The notes beneath the pieces are model-generated. The model did not search any database. It saw only the letters and a list, made by a program, of their open reading frames with translations, and was not told the DNA's origin. A stretch of DNA of 64,000 nt, from positions 330,088,001-330,152,000 of the forward strand of contig OZ024742.1 of NCBI GenBank assembly GCA_964016885.1. The letters are read 5' to 3'. This document shows, in pieces, positions 24,851 to 39,841 of the stretch (within the stretch, counting starts at the first letter, position 1; each line of letters opens with the position of its first letter). A program made the translations under genes and the position numbers. The DNA is from Eledone cirrhosa. Taxonomy: Eukaryota.

Positions 24851-25909
24851 ATTTGCTGTGTAAATTTGGTCATTTCATGAGAGTAACTTAGTCAGCGTAT
24901 GAATTATTCAACCTATAAACATGTTGGACGACGCTTATATAATATGTGATAACGTTTCAAGAATCAAGTAAACAATTTTATGATTGATTGCACTGAAGGT
25001 AATTAAAAACATATTAAATAGATTCACTCAAGCGGCAAACCAACAAAATATGTCTAGCCCGTGGTTTGTAGTCTTATATTGTTGTTGTGTATATAGAAAT
25101 ATTATATAGACTGACTTGCATATATTCTCCGAAGAACGGCCCCTTTGCCTGTTTAAATATGGTTCTATTACTTAATAACTCACATAAAGCCAATGTGCTT
25201 TCTGCATCATGTTGCGGGGTATAGACTGAGTTATATGCTAAAATAGCCAGTCAAACATGCGCGACTTGTTATGGCGTTTTACAACACCATCCCGATCAGA
25301 GTATATAGAGAAGTTGTTGAATGACCCAGGAAATAAGTTGCTTCAAATGTCATGGTTTTCTAAATAAACCTAACCCCAATCAACCGATAGTTCACTAACT
25401 TGCCGATATTGCACAATCCCTATTACATTTGGAGATCGTGTGATGGGAAATTGTTTGTATGTTAGGCATTTATTTTATAGTTGGTATTCAGTTGGGGTTC
25501 AGCAAGTCCGATCACTAGTGTCAGCTGAACATCGATTGTTTTCCTATCATTATACCTGTTATTGGATGATCCTTTGGGGATCCTCATCTTTATTTGGCCC
25601 CTTTCGTTGAGTAACAGGCTGCTTTCCCAACGACTACTCTGTGTGTTATATATCTTGCGTGTTTTTATCATTAATGACTGCTTTGTTGTCACGTAACTAT
25701 GTTGTGGCAGATGAAGTGAATTTAACATTATATATGTGCAATGAAAGGTAGTATTTGACCTGGGCTATGAAATGTGACCAGGCGTGTTTGACTTGGGGTG
25801 TAATGTGACATTCCGTCTGTATGACAAATGTTAGGCATTGGGGCGAAACAGGGGACCATTTGATTGCGAAGTAAAATATATAACCATTCGCCAACATAAC
25901 ATCATACTA

Positions 25910-25943
25910 GCACACGGAGATGCACGTGTGCAATATATCTAGT
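25910..25943 (+). mobile_element. Possible Helitron 3' terminus
   Basis: GC-rich hairpin gcacacg-gagatgca-cgtgtgc, 7 nt, then CTAG followed by T; no 5' end identified. Confidence 0.35.
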
Positions 25944-26685
25944 GTTTCTAAGTATGTGCTTATTTTTGTAGGGAATGAAATCCTTCAAACCAACATCCTC
26001 TACATTCAGGTAAGATATTAACACTGCACAACCATATCATACCATAATTCGAGTATCAAGATTTTGCACTCATTTTTGTATTTAATCACGGAATAGACAT
26101 TTTCTTTTTTAACTATACAAACACGTGTAATAGATTTCATAATTATTGTTGGTCATAAAACAATTAACTGTATTGTAATTACTCTACTTAATAAATATCA
26201 CAGTTCAGTTCAAAAATTCCTTTCATTACGTTATGCTTCATTGATCTTCTGAGTAATAGATTTTATTGTTGATATTAATTTTTCTATTATTTTTTACTAC
26301 GTTATTCCTAATGTTGTGGTGGCGTTGAACGTATCGGTTTTAGTGTGTGAGATAAATGTGTGTTAAAACAGTGTGTAAGGCGCCTAATTGAATTGACATA
26401 GGTGTCAGCACATTGGATAGCATGAATGGCTGTGATAATTTGGATTTTCTCTGGTCCGTGATCAATCTCCAGTCCGGTATTGCAGACAAGTCTACATAAT
26501 TTTGAGTTCTACACTCACTATATTCCATTTACTTCACTTTCGGTATGGTAGAAATCGGCTCCGCTATGAAGAATAACCCCGAGACAGTACTTAGTATTGA
26601 TGCTGAATATACAGCTGACCGTGCCTTTACGACAGCAATACGATTTCAGGTATTAACTGTGAATTAAAAACATCTCCATCGTTAG

Positions 26686-26748
26686 GACTTTGCCTTTCAT
26701 CAGTTCAAGGGCGATAAAAGAGTACCAGTCGTGTACTGGGGTCGATAC
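26686..26748 (+). mobile_element. SINE central-domain fragment
   Basis: actttgcctttcatc...cgataaaa.agtaccagt...actggggtcgat matches the SINEs at 27659 and 30801. Confidence 0.6.
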
Positions 26749-27658
26749 TTCCCCTATATATCTTTCTCATTTCCTGTCTCTCACTTTATATCTTTCTCTG
26801 GAAGAAATCTGCTGTACTCAGGCCAGGAGAGGGATTCGCTCCGCCAGGATTAAAATGCTGAAGAAATGCTGTATGTCGATACGGCGCCGCTACGACTCTA
26901 TCAGGAGTTACGGGATCATAAATACAAAGACTTCTCTAACATATTCCTATACTATTCATTATGATCGAAACGTCATATCAGTGATAGCAATGATCTATTT
27001 TGTTTTGATGATAGCATTGTGAAATGTGCCTTGAAAAGGTATGGAGTTATTATATGGTAATGGTTGTTGTGAAATAAAGAAAATATGTTTACTTAAAACT
27101 TATTGTGATTTTAGTATTAATATGTTGAAAGATGGCGGACATCTAGCTAAAAATTGAACTTAATGTTTAGTTGCCGTAGTTATTCATAGGTTTAATGACC
27201 GTTGATCGTGTTAGAATATTTTACCGTGACGTTTATTGTTGTCCTTGCATTGATGATACTCATATCGTGATGGTGTTGACAATCTATTAAAAAACAAGCC
27301 CATAAATATTAATTGAATTGATGTTTCAGATATTATTCCTATTCCGTCTTTATATGAATAGTGTTTGAGCAGAGTAATGAAGTGAACATCGTGTATTTTT
27401 TTTTGTTCAGACATTGTGTATGTACGACAACATCTACAAATGTTGATAATGTTTTCCATATTGTTTTTCTGACATCATGCTGTGATATGAAGAAGATTTG
27501 ATAGATATTTCTAGCAGTCTGATAGAGTACGGTATCCAAAGGTTCTATGGATGCCTTCGTTTGTTTTATCTGAAGGTTGCAAATTCATGTAGATCTCATT
27601 GCTCTTTCTAACAAGGTAAATGATTTGGAAAGGTTTCAAATATCGGCTGGTATTATTA

Positions 27659-27847
27659 ATGGATTGACAGTATCGGTAGAGGGTTGGACGCCATGCTTTG
27701 CAGCAAAGAGTTACAGCCCTTTATGGTCTGAGTTCATATCCCGCCGAGGTTAACTTTGCCTTTCATCTTTACGAGGTCGATGAAATAAAGTACCAGTAAT
27801 ACACTGGGATAATTGCTGGCCTTGTGCCAAAAGTAGAAACAATTATT
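27659..27847 (+). mobile_element. tRNA-derived SINE
   Basis: A-box-like start, B-box-like gagttcatatcc, core ctttgcctttcatc..gaggtcgat, 3' end ggccttgtgccaaaagtagaaac; closely matches 30801-30994. Confidence 0.8.
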
Positions 27848-28949
27848 AATATAAACGACAGAGATATCTGCCTATTTATAATGTTATTGATGTTAGACCA
27901 AATGTTATATATGACTTCATACTATTGAAGTATTAAGAATTTATATGTTACTTGTAAATCAATCGGCAGTGGTAAACGACTTGAAGAACTTTAGTGTGGC
28001 AAATTGAGACAAGAGTCATGCGTTCTGAGTTCAAATCTTTACCATTCCCCCATATTTTACGACTACAGGATAGTATCTACAATGAAAAGACAAATATAAA
28101 CATTGTTTCAATGATCCCACGTAACGATCGTCTCATTTCCTTTCCTATGATAATTTGCTAAATGAATATTTGTGAAAAATATGCATATATTCTTCGAGAC
28201 CATAATACTTTAGTAAATATTGTAAATAATAAAAGTTTGCTGTGTCTGATCTTAGGTAATTAAGAATTCCTTGAGGATGTTGCAATGATAATAACGATCA
28301 TATGGTTGACAAAGATAGTGTCAGTGGCATTGTGATGTTGTTGAAACGTAAGTTATCATCCATATGATGTTCTCCAGGGAATTCTGAGAAATCTATTTAT
28401 CCCATCGAAGATTTCATTGGGATATCCGTATCAAAGAGTGGCCTATATAGTTTTTTTCGAATGGTAATATATTTCTCACTTCTACTTTGTTTTCAACTTT
28501 CCTATTGAACTTGTTTTTTATCATCATACGTTTTATCTTTTTTCGTCTGCATGATATCTTTATCCTGAAACGTCACACATTATTATATAAGTGTTCATAT
28601 TTATTATCACCACCAACATCATCACCGTTAAATTTCTCGTTTTTATCAATATATTATCGTCGTCATCATCACAACCTATGTTATATATAATTCTCCAGCC
28701 CCCAACAATCGCTCTCATATTAATCATAATCATCTTACTTCGGGTATCATTATTAATGATATTATTATTATTATTGTTGGCATTGTTATATTACTGTATT
28801 ATTATTCTACTTTGCTAATTTGGAACGACGTACGCGATAATTATATAAAATTGCGTTTGCAGATATTTCGAATATTTGAGTATTGTTATTGTGGTAGAGG
28901 CTAATTATATATTTGCAATAAGTTGTGTTTCTAATGAACAAGTCTCAAC

Positions 28950-30330
28950 ACAATTCTTCTTCATTCTATTTTGTTTCTTTTGTTGTGGTCACGACTTCAT
29001 CTCACACTGAAACATGTTCTTTGTAATATACCAAATATTTTGCAGTTATATGAATGCCTTTCAGTTAATAACATTTGAATAATTTCAATAACAGATAATA
29101 TCATGTGAGTAATGGAGAAAGAAGGGCTGATCCTTCAATTGGACCAAGGAGATGTTTATATTGCTATTTACATTAATGATATTTCATGTTAATACCTACT
29201 TATGAAAACAATTACATATTTACATATATAAATACACTCATACATATATGCAAAGTTTTAAATTCCATGATACACGATATAGCTGTGAATTTTACTAATT
29301 TACAAGAATATAGCAATTCGAAGCAAACATGCAGTTCTGATATAATTTTACCAGAACTGATTTGAGAGTTTAAATTTTACTTCCATTTACTCTCATCTGA
29401 GTAGTGACAGCGGAAAACAGTGAAGTAGAACAAGGCAATACACTCACTATGCAAAAAGGTTTGCTTTGAAAGGTCAATTTGGTCAGTAGTATTCGGAAAA
29501 TTCATTTGAAAAATCAGAGAGTAGCACAAATTATAGCGCCTATCATTCTTGTCTCCTCAATCAGGAGCATATCTGTCTCCACTCGTTCTAATGATTAGGA
29601 GTGCGTATTCCAGTCATGCATGGGTATGTTATCATTGATTTCATCTTGAAGACAGAAGAGAGAGATATGGTGATAATGGTGTTGATACGAACTGAAAATT
29701 GAGCGAACTGAAAATAATGATAACAAAATGATGTTGTTGTGGTTGGTTTTGATTTTAAAGCTGATGCTGGTTGCACAATAAATAATGGTGACGGTGCTGT
29801 TATTCACTAAACACATGGTAGTGACAAATTGTGGTTTAGTTAATATCCTTAGAAAATAGGCCCCGATTCTGTTGCGTTATTGAATCTTTAACAAATGAGA
29901 TAGGTTTGTCTACGCTGTATGTAGTTTCTCGCACAATTTGCCACCTTAGGCCATAAACATGTGTTCCATTTGTGCGAGGAAGAGCCAATAAATGGTTAGC
30001 TGGTCCATCTTCCCACCAGGTTGCATTCAATCTCGATGAAAGCTATATTATAATGATAGACTGAAAAGGTTACTTCTATGTCAGGGTTTATCAATTGCAC
30101 TTCATATTTGTTGGATTGGCTGTGACACAAATTCTAAATATAATTCCGTACAAATTTCAAATAATTTTGGCAGTACGGCAGTACAGCAAGAGTTGCATCC
30201 CATTGTTTGCCGTCTTCCAACGGAATCCCTTGCATGCAGGCTCCCTGATAGGTGTTACAAACAGCGCCATTCACTTTAAGACATCCGTGCACCCTTACGG
30301 CTCTCTAACGTCATTATATCACTTTAACGC
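28950..30330 (+). pseudogene. Candidate decayed LRR (TLR-like) gene
   Basis: Fragments NAFQLITF, IYINDISC, NFTNLQEY, SSIRKIHLKNQRVAQI, DRLKRLLLCQ, IFVGL, and LRR-CT-like VFQRNPLH; many stops and frameshifts. Confidence 0.35.
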
Positions 30331-30800
30331 TGGAAATATTAGGAAAAGTGTCTGAAAGTTTCATCAGAAGATAGAATAAGAAATAAAAGAACAAATGGAA
30401 AGATAGATAGTAAGAAAAGGAAGGAAGGGAGAGAAACACCAGCCTATTCAGTCAGTCATTGTGGTCGCTCAGATATATAAATACACACACATACACACAC
30501 ACTCACACATACGCAAACATACACACTGACACACGCACACCCGCACACACATATATATGTGTATGTGTGTGTACTTCTATGATGAGTTCATTTTATGTGC
30601 GTCGTGATCAATATCGTACACAATTGTATCCTATATATAATGTATCACAAAAAATGTACCCTACAATTATAACAGACATCAGTATAATTTACACTGGTGT
30701 ATTTACATATATTTCCTCATTTCCAATATGCACCATTCTCTTCATTGACACGCCAATTAGGTATATTTGACAAGTATTATTATGTTTATAATCATAATTA

Positions 30801-30994
30801 GGGCGGTGGATTGGTAGTATCAGTTGAGGGTCGGACGCCATGCTTTGAAGCGAAGAGTTACAGCCTTTTATGGTCTGAGTTCAAATACTGCCGAGGTTAA
30901 CTTTGCCTTTCATCGTTACGGGGTCGATAAAATAAAGTACCAGTAATGCATTGGTATAATTGCTGGCCTTGTGCCAAAAGTAGAAACAACTATT
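30801..30994 (+). mobile_element. tRNA-derived SINE
   Basis: ggcggtggattggtagtat (A box), gagttcaaat (B box), same core and 3' end as 27659-27847; a further 3' fragment lies at ~63466-63515. Confidence 0.85.
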
Positions 30995-32229
30995 TTGTTT
31001 ATAGTCAACCTGACAGCATGTTCACATAAATACGTTATATCTTTTAAGAAATCTCATCAGAACAATCAATTTATCTTATGATAGCTTATTACATTAAACT
31101 TTATTTTTAATACCGTCAGTCAAGAACTGAAGTACACTTTACATATAGCAGAAAACGTTAGTATACAATTCATACTAAAATGTGTATAGATAACGTCAAC
31201 CCATGTGATTATAAAATGACAAGCGTTAGCAGCATGGATCAACAAATGAAAGATTCTCAGGTTCGTTGTCTCGATGAATTTAAAAACCTCAAATGGATAT
31301 TGGATCATCCTCTCAGAGTATGAACATCAATGAATAATTTACAAACAAATACCCAGTCTAGCAAATGTAGGACATTGTTGCAGCTAGCCAAGTCCGACGA
31401 GATCAAATTGATTTGTATTGATCTGTGTTGGCATTCGGCGCAAGAAATCTCCACAGCTACATGTTCTATAATAAACATCTGAGAAAGTCACTGGTTCCCC
31501 AATATAATGCAAACCTCAGCCTGTTGGACAACAAAGTATGTTTCTCCTACAGGATATTTAAATTATTCAGTTAATCAAGCTTTTCCTCTGCAATATGTTA
31601 CACAGCGGACAGCATATTTAATTATCAGCATCGTATGACAATTCAATATTTAAAACATCAATATGTTTAATATTATAGAATATGAATTTGTGGCTCATGC
31701 GTCAAGTCTTTTTGATATAGTTGATTTGTATTATTACGAAATTAAATATATGCCTTTCGTATTGAATATTAGCTATTCAAGTGCAAAGCTATAAATACCC
31801 AGAATGAAGATTTTGTCATAAATGAAATGAAATCTGTTTTGCATGCCACGATGATTATGCCAGAAGAATCCTAGATATTATGAAACAAAGTGATATTAGA
31901 AAATAATTTTTATAAATATTTACTGAATATCATTTTGTCTCTTTTCTGTGTTTTGTAAAATAATGTGTATGACAGCACTTCAACGATAGAAACTAATAAG
32001 AACATATAATTAACGTATCATAAATTCAGTTTCACTTTTGTTTCTTCATGAGATTTATATTCTGCAAAGGTATTTTGTATATAGATGACTTCAGGGCAAT
32101 TGCATCGGTAAAGATCACCCGGGTGTTGCAGTCCATTTCTTTGGACTGGCCGAACCGTTGTAACCGAAGATCACACTACTCCACTCCTGCTAATCAGTTG
32201 TGAACATCGTTAGGAGATACAGATATACA

Positions 32230-33300
32230 TAACAAGATCTCACTAAAGCGATATTGAAGGAACATAAATATATAATTCAAATCGTGTCATCTTTACTACT
32301 GATTTAGCTATCGATTTCAGAAATGTCCCTCGACTGAGTCACAAATCCTACACTTAAAATAATTGTTGAAGTGGTACAGAGCCACAAGAAGGAGGCGGGA
32401 ATTGTATTCATATATTTCAAGAAAACTTTTAATACGATCGAACCAAAGAAGTTGCTCAAAGTATTTCCTGCGTATGGGATACCTCATCAGGATGCAATTA
32501 AAGTCATAAATGACAATGTTTCAGCATATGTTATGTAACTCGACGTGAATTCTAACCTACTCTCTAGTGCGATCCTCTGGATCCTATTCTTTTTGTTATT
32601 TGCCTTTCTTATGCATTGGGTAAAGTCATTGCACCATAACGGAATAATGCTGAAGAGTCCACAAAGTTAATGTCACGCAGAGAAAGTTCTATATTAAATG
32701 ACGTACTCTAATGACATATTTCTCCCGAAAACAGCTGCAAAGAAGCTGAGGACGTGTTACACGAATGGGGGATGTGGTGTAGTTTATTTTATTCTTCATG
32801 ATTTCTGACAAAACAATATTAATTCATTTCAATGCAACGTGAAATAAACAAATATATGCACTCGAATGTTCGAAGATTGAGGAATTGGATGACTATTTAT
32901 AACTTGGCAGTTTCATGAAAACAGAGTATGATAAATACACCAGGATAGGAAAGGCACGGGGGACTCTCACCATCTTATCAATGATGTGGGTGTTTCCGAT
33001 CACGTAAACAACGAAAATTAGGCTCTTCAAAGCAAAGGTTAAGTCAAATATCCTCTACAAATACGCGTCATGGTCACTAACATAAGACTCACAAAGATGA
33101 CCATTGGCACGTGTACGAGAATGCTGTTAAAAGTCAAGAGCATATCGTAGGAAAAGCAATCGCTGCAAACAATTCATAATGCGTAGGAGGTTCGCATTAG
33201 CCGGACATGTGAAACGTCATAATTAATTTGCTGGCAGATTCCTTTTCCGTATACTTGATGTGTGCTGAATACTTGGAAGACCAACCTATAAACTAAAAGC
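32230..33300 (+). mobile_element. Highly degraded RTE-clade LINE
   Basis: Colinear remnants FKKTFNTI, AYGIP, LGSF, RIGKARG, KIRLFKA.VKS.ILY..ASWSL, LAGH. Confidence 0.65.
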
Positions 33301-34310
33301 TGTTCTTTATTTACAATAGCCTATAACTTATGCCTATTAATCCGTATGATGAGGCAAATGGGGTCCCACCTTCTGCTCCCGATACACACACACACAGCCC
33401 CGGCGGACAGGATGGAAAAGGCGATTCCCCGGAGGATGGTACGGGAGATGCGCTGGATAAGCCATTCCAACTCGCGAGGCTCACACCTGCGGCTGGCTAG
33501 CCCAGCACCTTGAAGATGAGACCATGTTTGAAGCAGAGTAAATTCAGAAGACAATGCAGGAGAAGTTGAGGTGGAAAAGGATACCTTCTATATTAATATC
33601 AAATTCAACTTTACGTGTCAATATCTCTATTCTTTCGTTTTGATCCACAAACACCCCCCCCCCCCCCTCACACACACACAAACACACACACACACACAAA
33701 CACACACATCCCACACACACACATACAGACACCCATACACACCATACTGCACCACACGTACAAACACACATGCACACACGCACATATATATATATACACA
33801 CATAACTAAATATTTTTATCATACAACATATTTATATTGGACCTAAAAGACAAGAATCACAGCAAACCCTAAAAAATAATAGAAAGCAATATACCAGAAA
33901 TAATAATAGAAAAGAATCTAAAACATTTTAAGTGTTATTTTTAAATATTCCGACCTACAGATTAGAACCCAATATTTAAACGTTCTCTCTCAACAATGAA
34001 AATATCAACAGAAAAAATGTATTTATTACAAACAATATGGTGTGAACACAATAATTGAATAATTTTACTTTTGTATTTATTTCGTACTATCCTTAATAAA
34101 TACCTTACTCATTTTATATTAATTTATATTTGCTTTGCACTGGGAGATATATTCTGTAATATACACTAAACTTTGTGAGAAATATATTAAATTCGTATGA
34201 AATTGTGTCTGCAAGAATCAAAAAGAAATAATACCATATGGGAATCTTTTATCATTTGCTTTATATAATAATTCGAGAAGTTAACCAACAATAGTTATCA
34301 ATTAATTTGT

Positions 34311-34369
<59 letters not shown>

Positions 34370-34469
34370 ATAATAATATTAATACTAATACTAATGATTT
34401 CTACAATAGGCACAAGGGGAGAGCGGAGAGTCGATTAATTCTCCACCAGTGTATGACAGGTACTTGAGA

Positions 34470-34635
34470 CCCTTCAAAGACAGCTTCCTGTCAACCCTTA
34501 TCTACCTGGAAGTCTCGTCCGAACCAGACCCCGAGCAACGTTAGCGGTCCATTCGTCCAGTGCACGAATACGCTGTTGGACAGCATGGACTTGCCTCTCC
34601 AGGTGCCGATCTGCAAGTCCACAGACTTTTCCGGA
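34470..34635 (-). mobile_element. Old internal fragment of the Tx1 family
   Basis: Matches the EKSVGLQLGTWRG.SM.SNSV..WT.GP..LLGVWFG.D region (cf. 43150-43360) with substitutions and a deletion. Confidence 0.85.
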
Positions 34636-34949
34636 TATCGTTTTCTGAGATAAAAACAACTATCATAAATGCACTGATCTTTTTTATCACAACCCGTCTA
34701 CACTTAAGCGTTTCATTTCAGCTCGTTGACGTTGCCTCGCTTCCATTGAACAACAAAACCAATAAATAATGGTTATAAATCAAAATATTGTTTACATCAT
34801 CATTATTTTGTGGATTCTATCTTTCAATTAAGATTGTTTAAGATTTCAATTTGTATATGTTAACAAAATAAATATTGATTAATTTAATTATCTATTTTCT
34901 CTAAGGACATACACTTTTTGCCAACATTTTAAATAAAATAAATGTTATC

Positions 34950-35900
34950 AAATGGCTTTCTTTTACTAAGATGTGGATTCCAAGTGTACTGGGGAGTTCT
35001 GCGTTGCAACCATTAATAAATAAATATACGACAATAATTTAATTTGTGATGAATATTAAAAAAAATAACTTTCGCTTTCTGATAATAGTCCTTCATCGAA
35101 AATAATTATCACATTGACTGATGTCAAGACCAGAAAAAAGTGAAATCTTTAAACGAATAAGTCAAGAAGTAGATGTTATTGTGTAGGTTTCTGATGTTTA
35201 AAAAGTTCTATACCTTTTTATTTTTAGATTTACAGCAATAAAAGTATTAAATCAGAGATTACTGATTTGCAGTAAATCAATATTGGTAGTAAAGTTCTGA
35301 GCATTATTCTTCTGGAAGGAGCGCATTAGTTTAGAAACATGTGTTGCGGAATCATGTTTTAAACATTTTCTTCAATATTACTTCATTAACTCACTTGATT
35401 GAAACTGAACAGACATGTTCATATATTACGAATATAACGCAATTACGGAACTGCCACATCATAGCAGATATCGGGAATTAGCTTATCACATTTTGTCTTA
35501 CTGTCAAATATGTCTATTAATTTTACAATAAATTACAGACATTTATGAATGACATTTACTTAAATATAACAAACTATTGCACAATGTTAGGAGACTTGTT
35601 ATTAATGCTGTTTAGTATCATTCATTAAAAATATTTGTAATATCAAGAATCAAATTGAAGATGAATAACACGATTATTCACGTTCTTGTGTATCAAACAT
35701 TGAATAGGTTAACTACAATGCTTACTTAGTTAATCAACATCACGGATTAAAATGATGTATTATTCTACTTGAAGGTAGAGCCTTGTAAATTGGACGTCTT
35801 TTCCAAGACCAGAAAGATCAGGCTGCATATCTATAAATACGTTTCGGTGCAACAAAATTAATGAATCCCACTTTAATATCACACACAGAATAACACGGCT
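34950..35900 (+). pseudogene. Candidate decayed LRR gene
   Basis: Fragments ITDLQ*INIGS, FNITSLTHLI, TNITQLRN, LSYCQI, LHNVRRLVIN, LNRLTT, KLDVFS. Confidence 0.35.
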
Positions 35901-37238
35901 AGCATGATTAAGATGTACTGCGTAACAAAGGTGAACGCTGGATTACAACTATATTAATTGCGTATGTCCTTACACCGCTCATTATACAACTAGCAGAAAA
36001 ACCACTCTTCGCGTTGTTTTCTGCTAGCATGTGTAGTGTGAATTTTGATATTATACGCAAGTATATATGCATGTAGATATGATTCGTCAAATAAAATCGT
36101 AACTGACAATATACACAGAAATTCAACGAAGACTGTGTTACACTGTCTTATGTAATCAGTAACGTAAACCATGATACATTAGCATTAGGAAAAAAATTAG
36201 TGACAGAAATATATGAATATTTATTTAACCGGAAGTGTTGACATTTTAAAATGTTAAAGAATTGAACCTTTAAATAAGTAATAAAATATATTTAATGAAC
36301 AGCCACGAAATTTAGTGGATGAATTATGTAATATTCTATCAGTATTTATTTACTAAGGGGATAAAACATCATAAAACGACGCAGTCCCGCGCTTCCTACT
36401 TTATTATAGTTTAGATACCAATATACAATACATAAATAAAACATTTTATTTTGTAAATGCGATACTTTTATCTTTACGATAAAACCGAAAGCAAATTTAA
36501 CTTTATAAACATATTGTAAATAGGTGACTTCAAATCATTATAGAAGCTAATATATGCCAATAGCATCATGCTAAAAAAAGACACTTTATTTGGGAAACAA
36601 ATAATAGACTATCTAATATATATTTTCTGATAAAAATATAGTCATGTCAGATTACATTTATTGCAATTATGTTTACTAAATTATGTAAAGAACCAAACGC
36701 GCATTTTAACTTATATAGAGTATAGAATATAAGTAGGAATATGTTCGCCATATTCACGTGAAAATGCATGGTTTCTAAGTGAAAACAACAACCCCATTAT
36801 CACATATACGACTATGTTTCTTATTAAATTATATATATAATGCCGATTCAGAAATTACGCCTACATCAGGCTAGACTAATAAAATTGTCATACAACATAA
36901 GTAGTACATTTTAGGAAACATCCAAACTATGTTCCAGTTATGAATAATATATATATATATATATATATATCAAACGTGAAATATTTAAAGAAAGAAAAAG
37001 GAAAATGCATAGGCATTTCTGATATATATGTACATAGGACAAATAGTGAACATTTGGTTACGTTGTCATAAATGAGCTGGAATTACCTGCACCACAAAAG
37101 TGTACAATGCGAGGCCAAATAGAAATTTTCACTCAGCTCTATTATTAGTTCCTCAAAGCTCTTTTATCATATATTCTATTTAGTAAAATCCAGACCAAAA
37201 AGAAGTGGGAATGCAAAGCGGAAGATAAAATGTTATTG

Positions 37239-37413
37239 AAGGACACCATGACCAGCACAACAACATACATCAACAATAAAAGTAGTAGCAGAAACATACA
37301 TACACACACACTCACACATACACACACATACACACATATACTCACTCTCTCTCTCACACACACACACGCGCACACACACACATACACACATGCACACACA
37401 CACACACATACAT

Positions 37414-37451
<38 letters not shown>

Positions 37452-37495
37452 CTGTGTGTGTGTGTGTATGTGTGTGCGTGCGTGTGTGTGTGTGT

Positions 37496-37532
<37 letters not shown>

Positions 37533-37644
37533 AGAGAGAGAGAGGCAGTGAGTATGTGTGTGTATGTGTGAGTGTGTATGTATGTATGTTTCTGCTATTA
37601 CTTTTGTTGTTGATGTCTGTTTGTGTGCTGGTCATGGTGTCCTT
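37239..37644. repeat. ~400 bp palindrome centred on (TA)n
   Basis: aaggacaccatgaccagcaca..aaaagtagtagcagaaacatac pairs with gtatgtttctgctattactttt..tgtgctggtcatggtgtcctt; inner arms are (CA)n/(CT)n versus (TG)n/(AG)n. Confidence 0.85.
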
Positions 37645-38230
37645 GTTACAATTTCCCTTCGAAATGATTCTAAATTGTTTTTATCTTGCGCGCTTTTCTT
37701 GAGGAATATTTTCTACTCTACTTGGATTGGGAGAGGCTTCTAACGTCATATTTTTACAAATATTTTAAGTGCGCAATTTTAAATTTAAATTTCATATAGT
37801 CGGGCCAGTCGCTGAAATAATGTGGGGGTTCCATTCTTCGGGGAGAAGACTTATTCTTTATGTCCCTTTTGCAACAACAACAAAATACAATTAAAGAAAA
37901 CACCAATTCAGATAGGTGAAACAAAATCAAAAATACAGATCGAAAACAGGCATGGAGTACCATTCAGACACACCAATAATAATAATAATAATGGTAATAA
38001 TTGCAATAATTTCATAGCTTTTAAATTCTGTTTAAGAATAATATTGATTGCATAGTAATACGAATGAAATGCTTATCTGTTCGTACTTTATAATTTATTT
38101 CGATATGTATTGGTTATATTCGAGTTAAACAATTTTGTTTAGTTATTTCATCCCACAAGCATTTAAGAATTGCATGTAGTTCTTCATTTTTATGATGGTA
38201 TATATATCTACATATACTGTTTTATGTTTC

Positions 38231-38301
<71 letters not shown>

Positions 38302-38367
38302 CATGTATATATGTGTGTGTCTAGCGGGGAGTATATATACACCCACTCATGTATATATATATACATA

Positions 38368-38944
<577 letters not shown>

Positions 38945-39102
38945 CAAAAATTAAGATAAATCAAAATGAATTTAATCTAAATCAAAATTATGGGTGTCAT
39001 GCCAGAAAGATATGCACCACATCACGCGCAAAATAAGTTCCAAAATTATCTCCTGTGATTATTCATATGTTTATATTTATATGTTAATGAATTTATAGTT
39101 GT

Positions 39103-39131
<29 letters not shown>

Positions 39132-39138
<7 letters not shown>

Positions 39139-39841
39139 ATGGAGTGCTTCGTTTTTGCACATGGGTTACATATGAATCAAATTAGTCCTTCATCAGTGAT
39201 CTTCCAACCTTCCTTGATATCTCATTTCTTTAAAAATCATATACCTCTGGTTGGTACGAATAAAGTTATTGGGACAAGTAAAATAGGGTGAAGCGGGCGA
39301 GACATGTAAACAAACAAAGATGGTATTGCAACGGAAAGATAGGAAGAGGCAAGTACATGATATATATAAGCTTAAACTTGGTGAAATCATGGACAAGAAA
39401 TAGAGACCATCCGACCTGGGTGAGATGTGAGCAAGAAAATGATTTCGCACAGGTCACACTGGAAGAAGTGAGAGAGAGGGAGAAACAGAGAGTGAGTGAG
39501 TAGAAGTGTGAAGAAGAGGCCAGCTGAGAGTGTGACTGGCAGAGGGAGTAAAATGAAAATGAGGGATACACAGAGAGGAGACGCAGTAAGAAGGAAACAG
39601 ACAGGGCGCAGCTGAGGAAACATAAATATAAGAAACACGGAATGTTGCTGGTTGCACATGGGTTACATATGAATAAATTTAGTCCTTCATCAGTGATCTT
39701 CCATCTTCATTGGTACCTCCTCGCTTTAAAAATCATATACTTCTGGTTGGTGCGAGCAATAACTAAATACACTTATTGGGACAAGTAAAATAGGGTGAAG
39801 CGAGCGAGACATGCAAACAATCAAAGATGGCATTGCAACAG

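Noticed and set aside
27100-27650. Gypsy integrase zinc-finger relic (GIHRT..., IINICRCC)
   Set aside because: Only two weak motif hints and no DDE core recognisable
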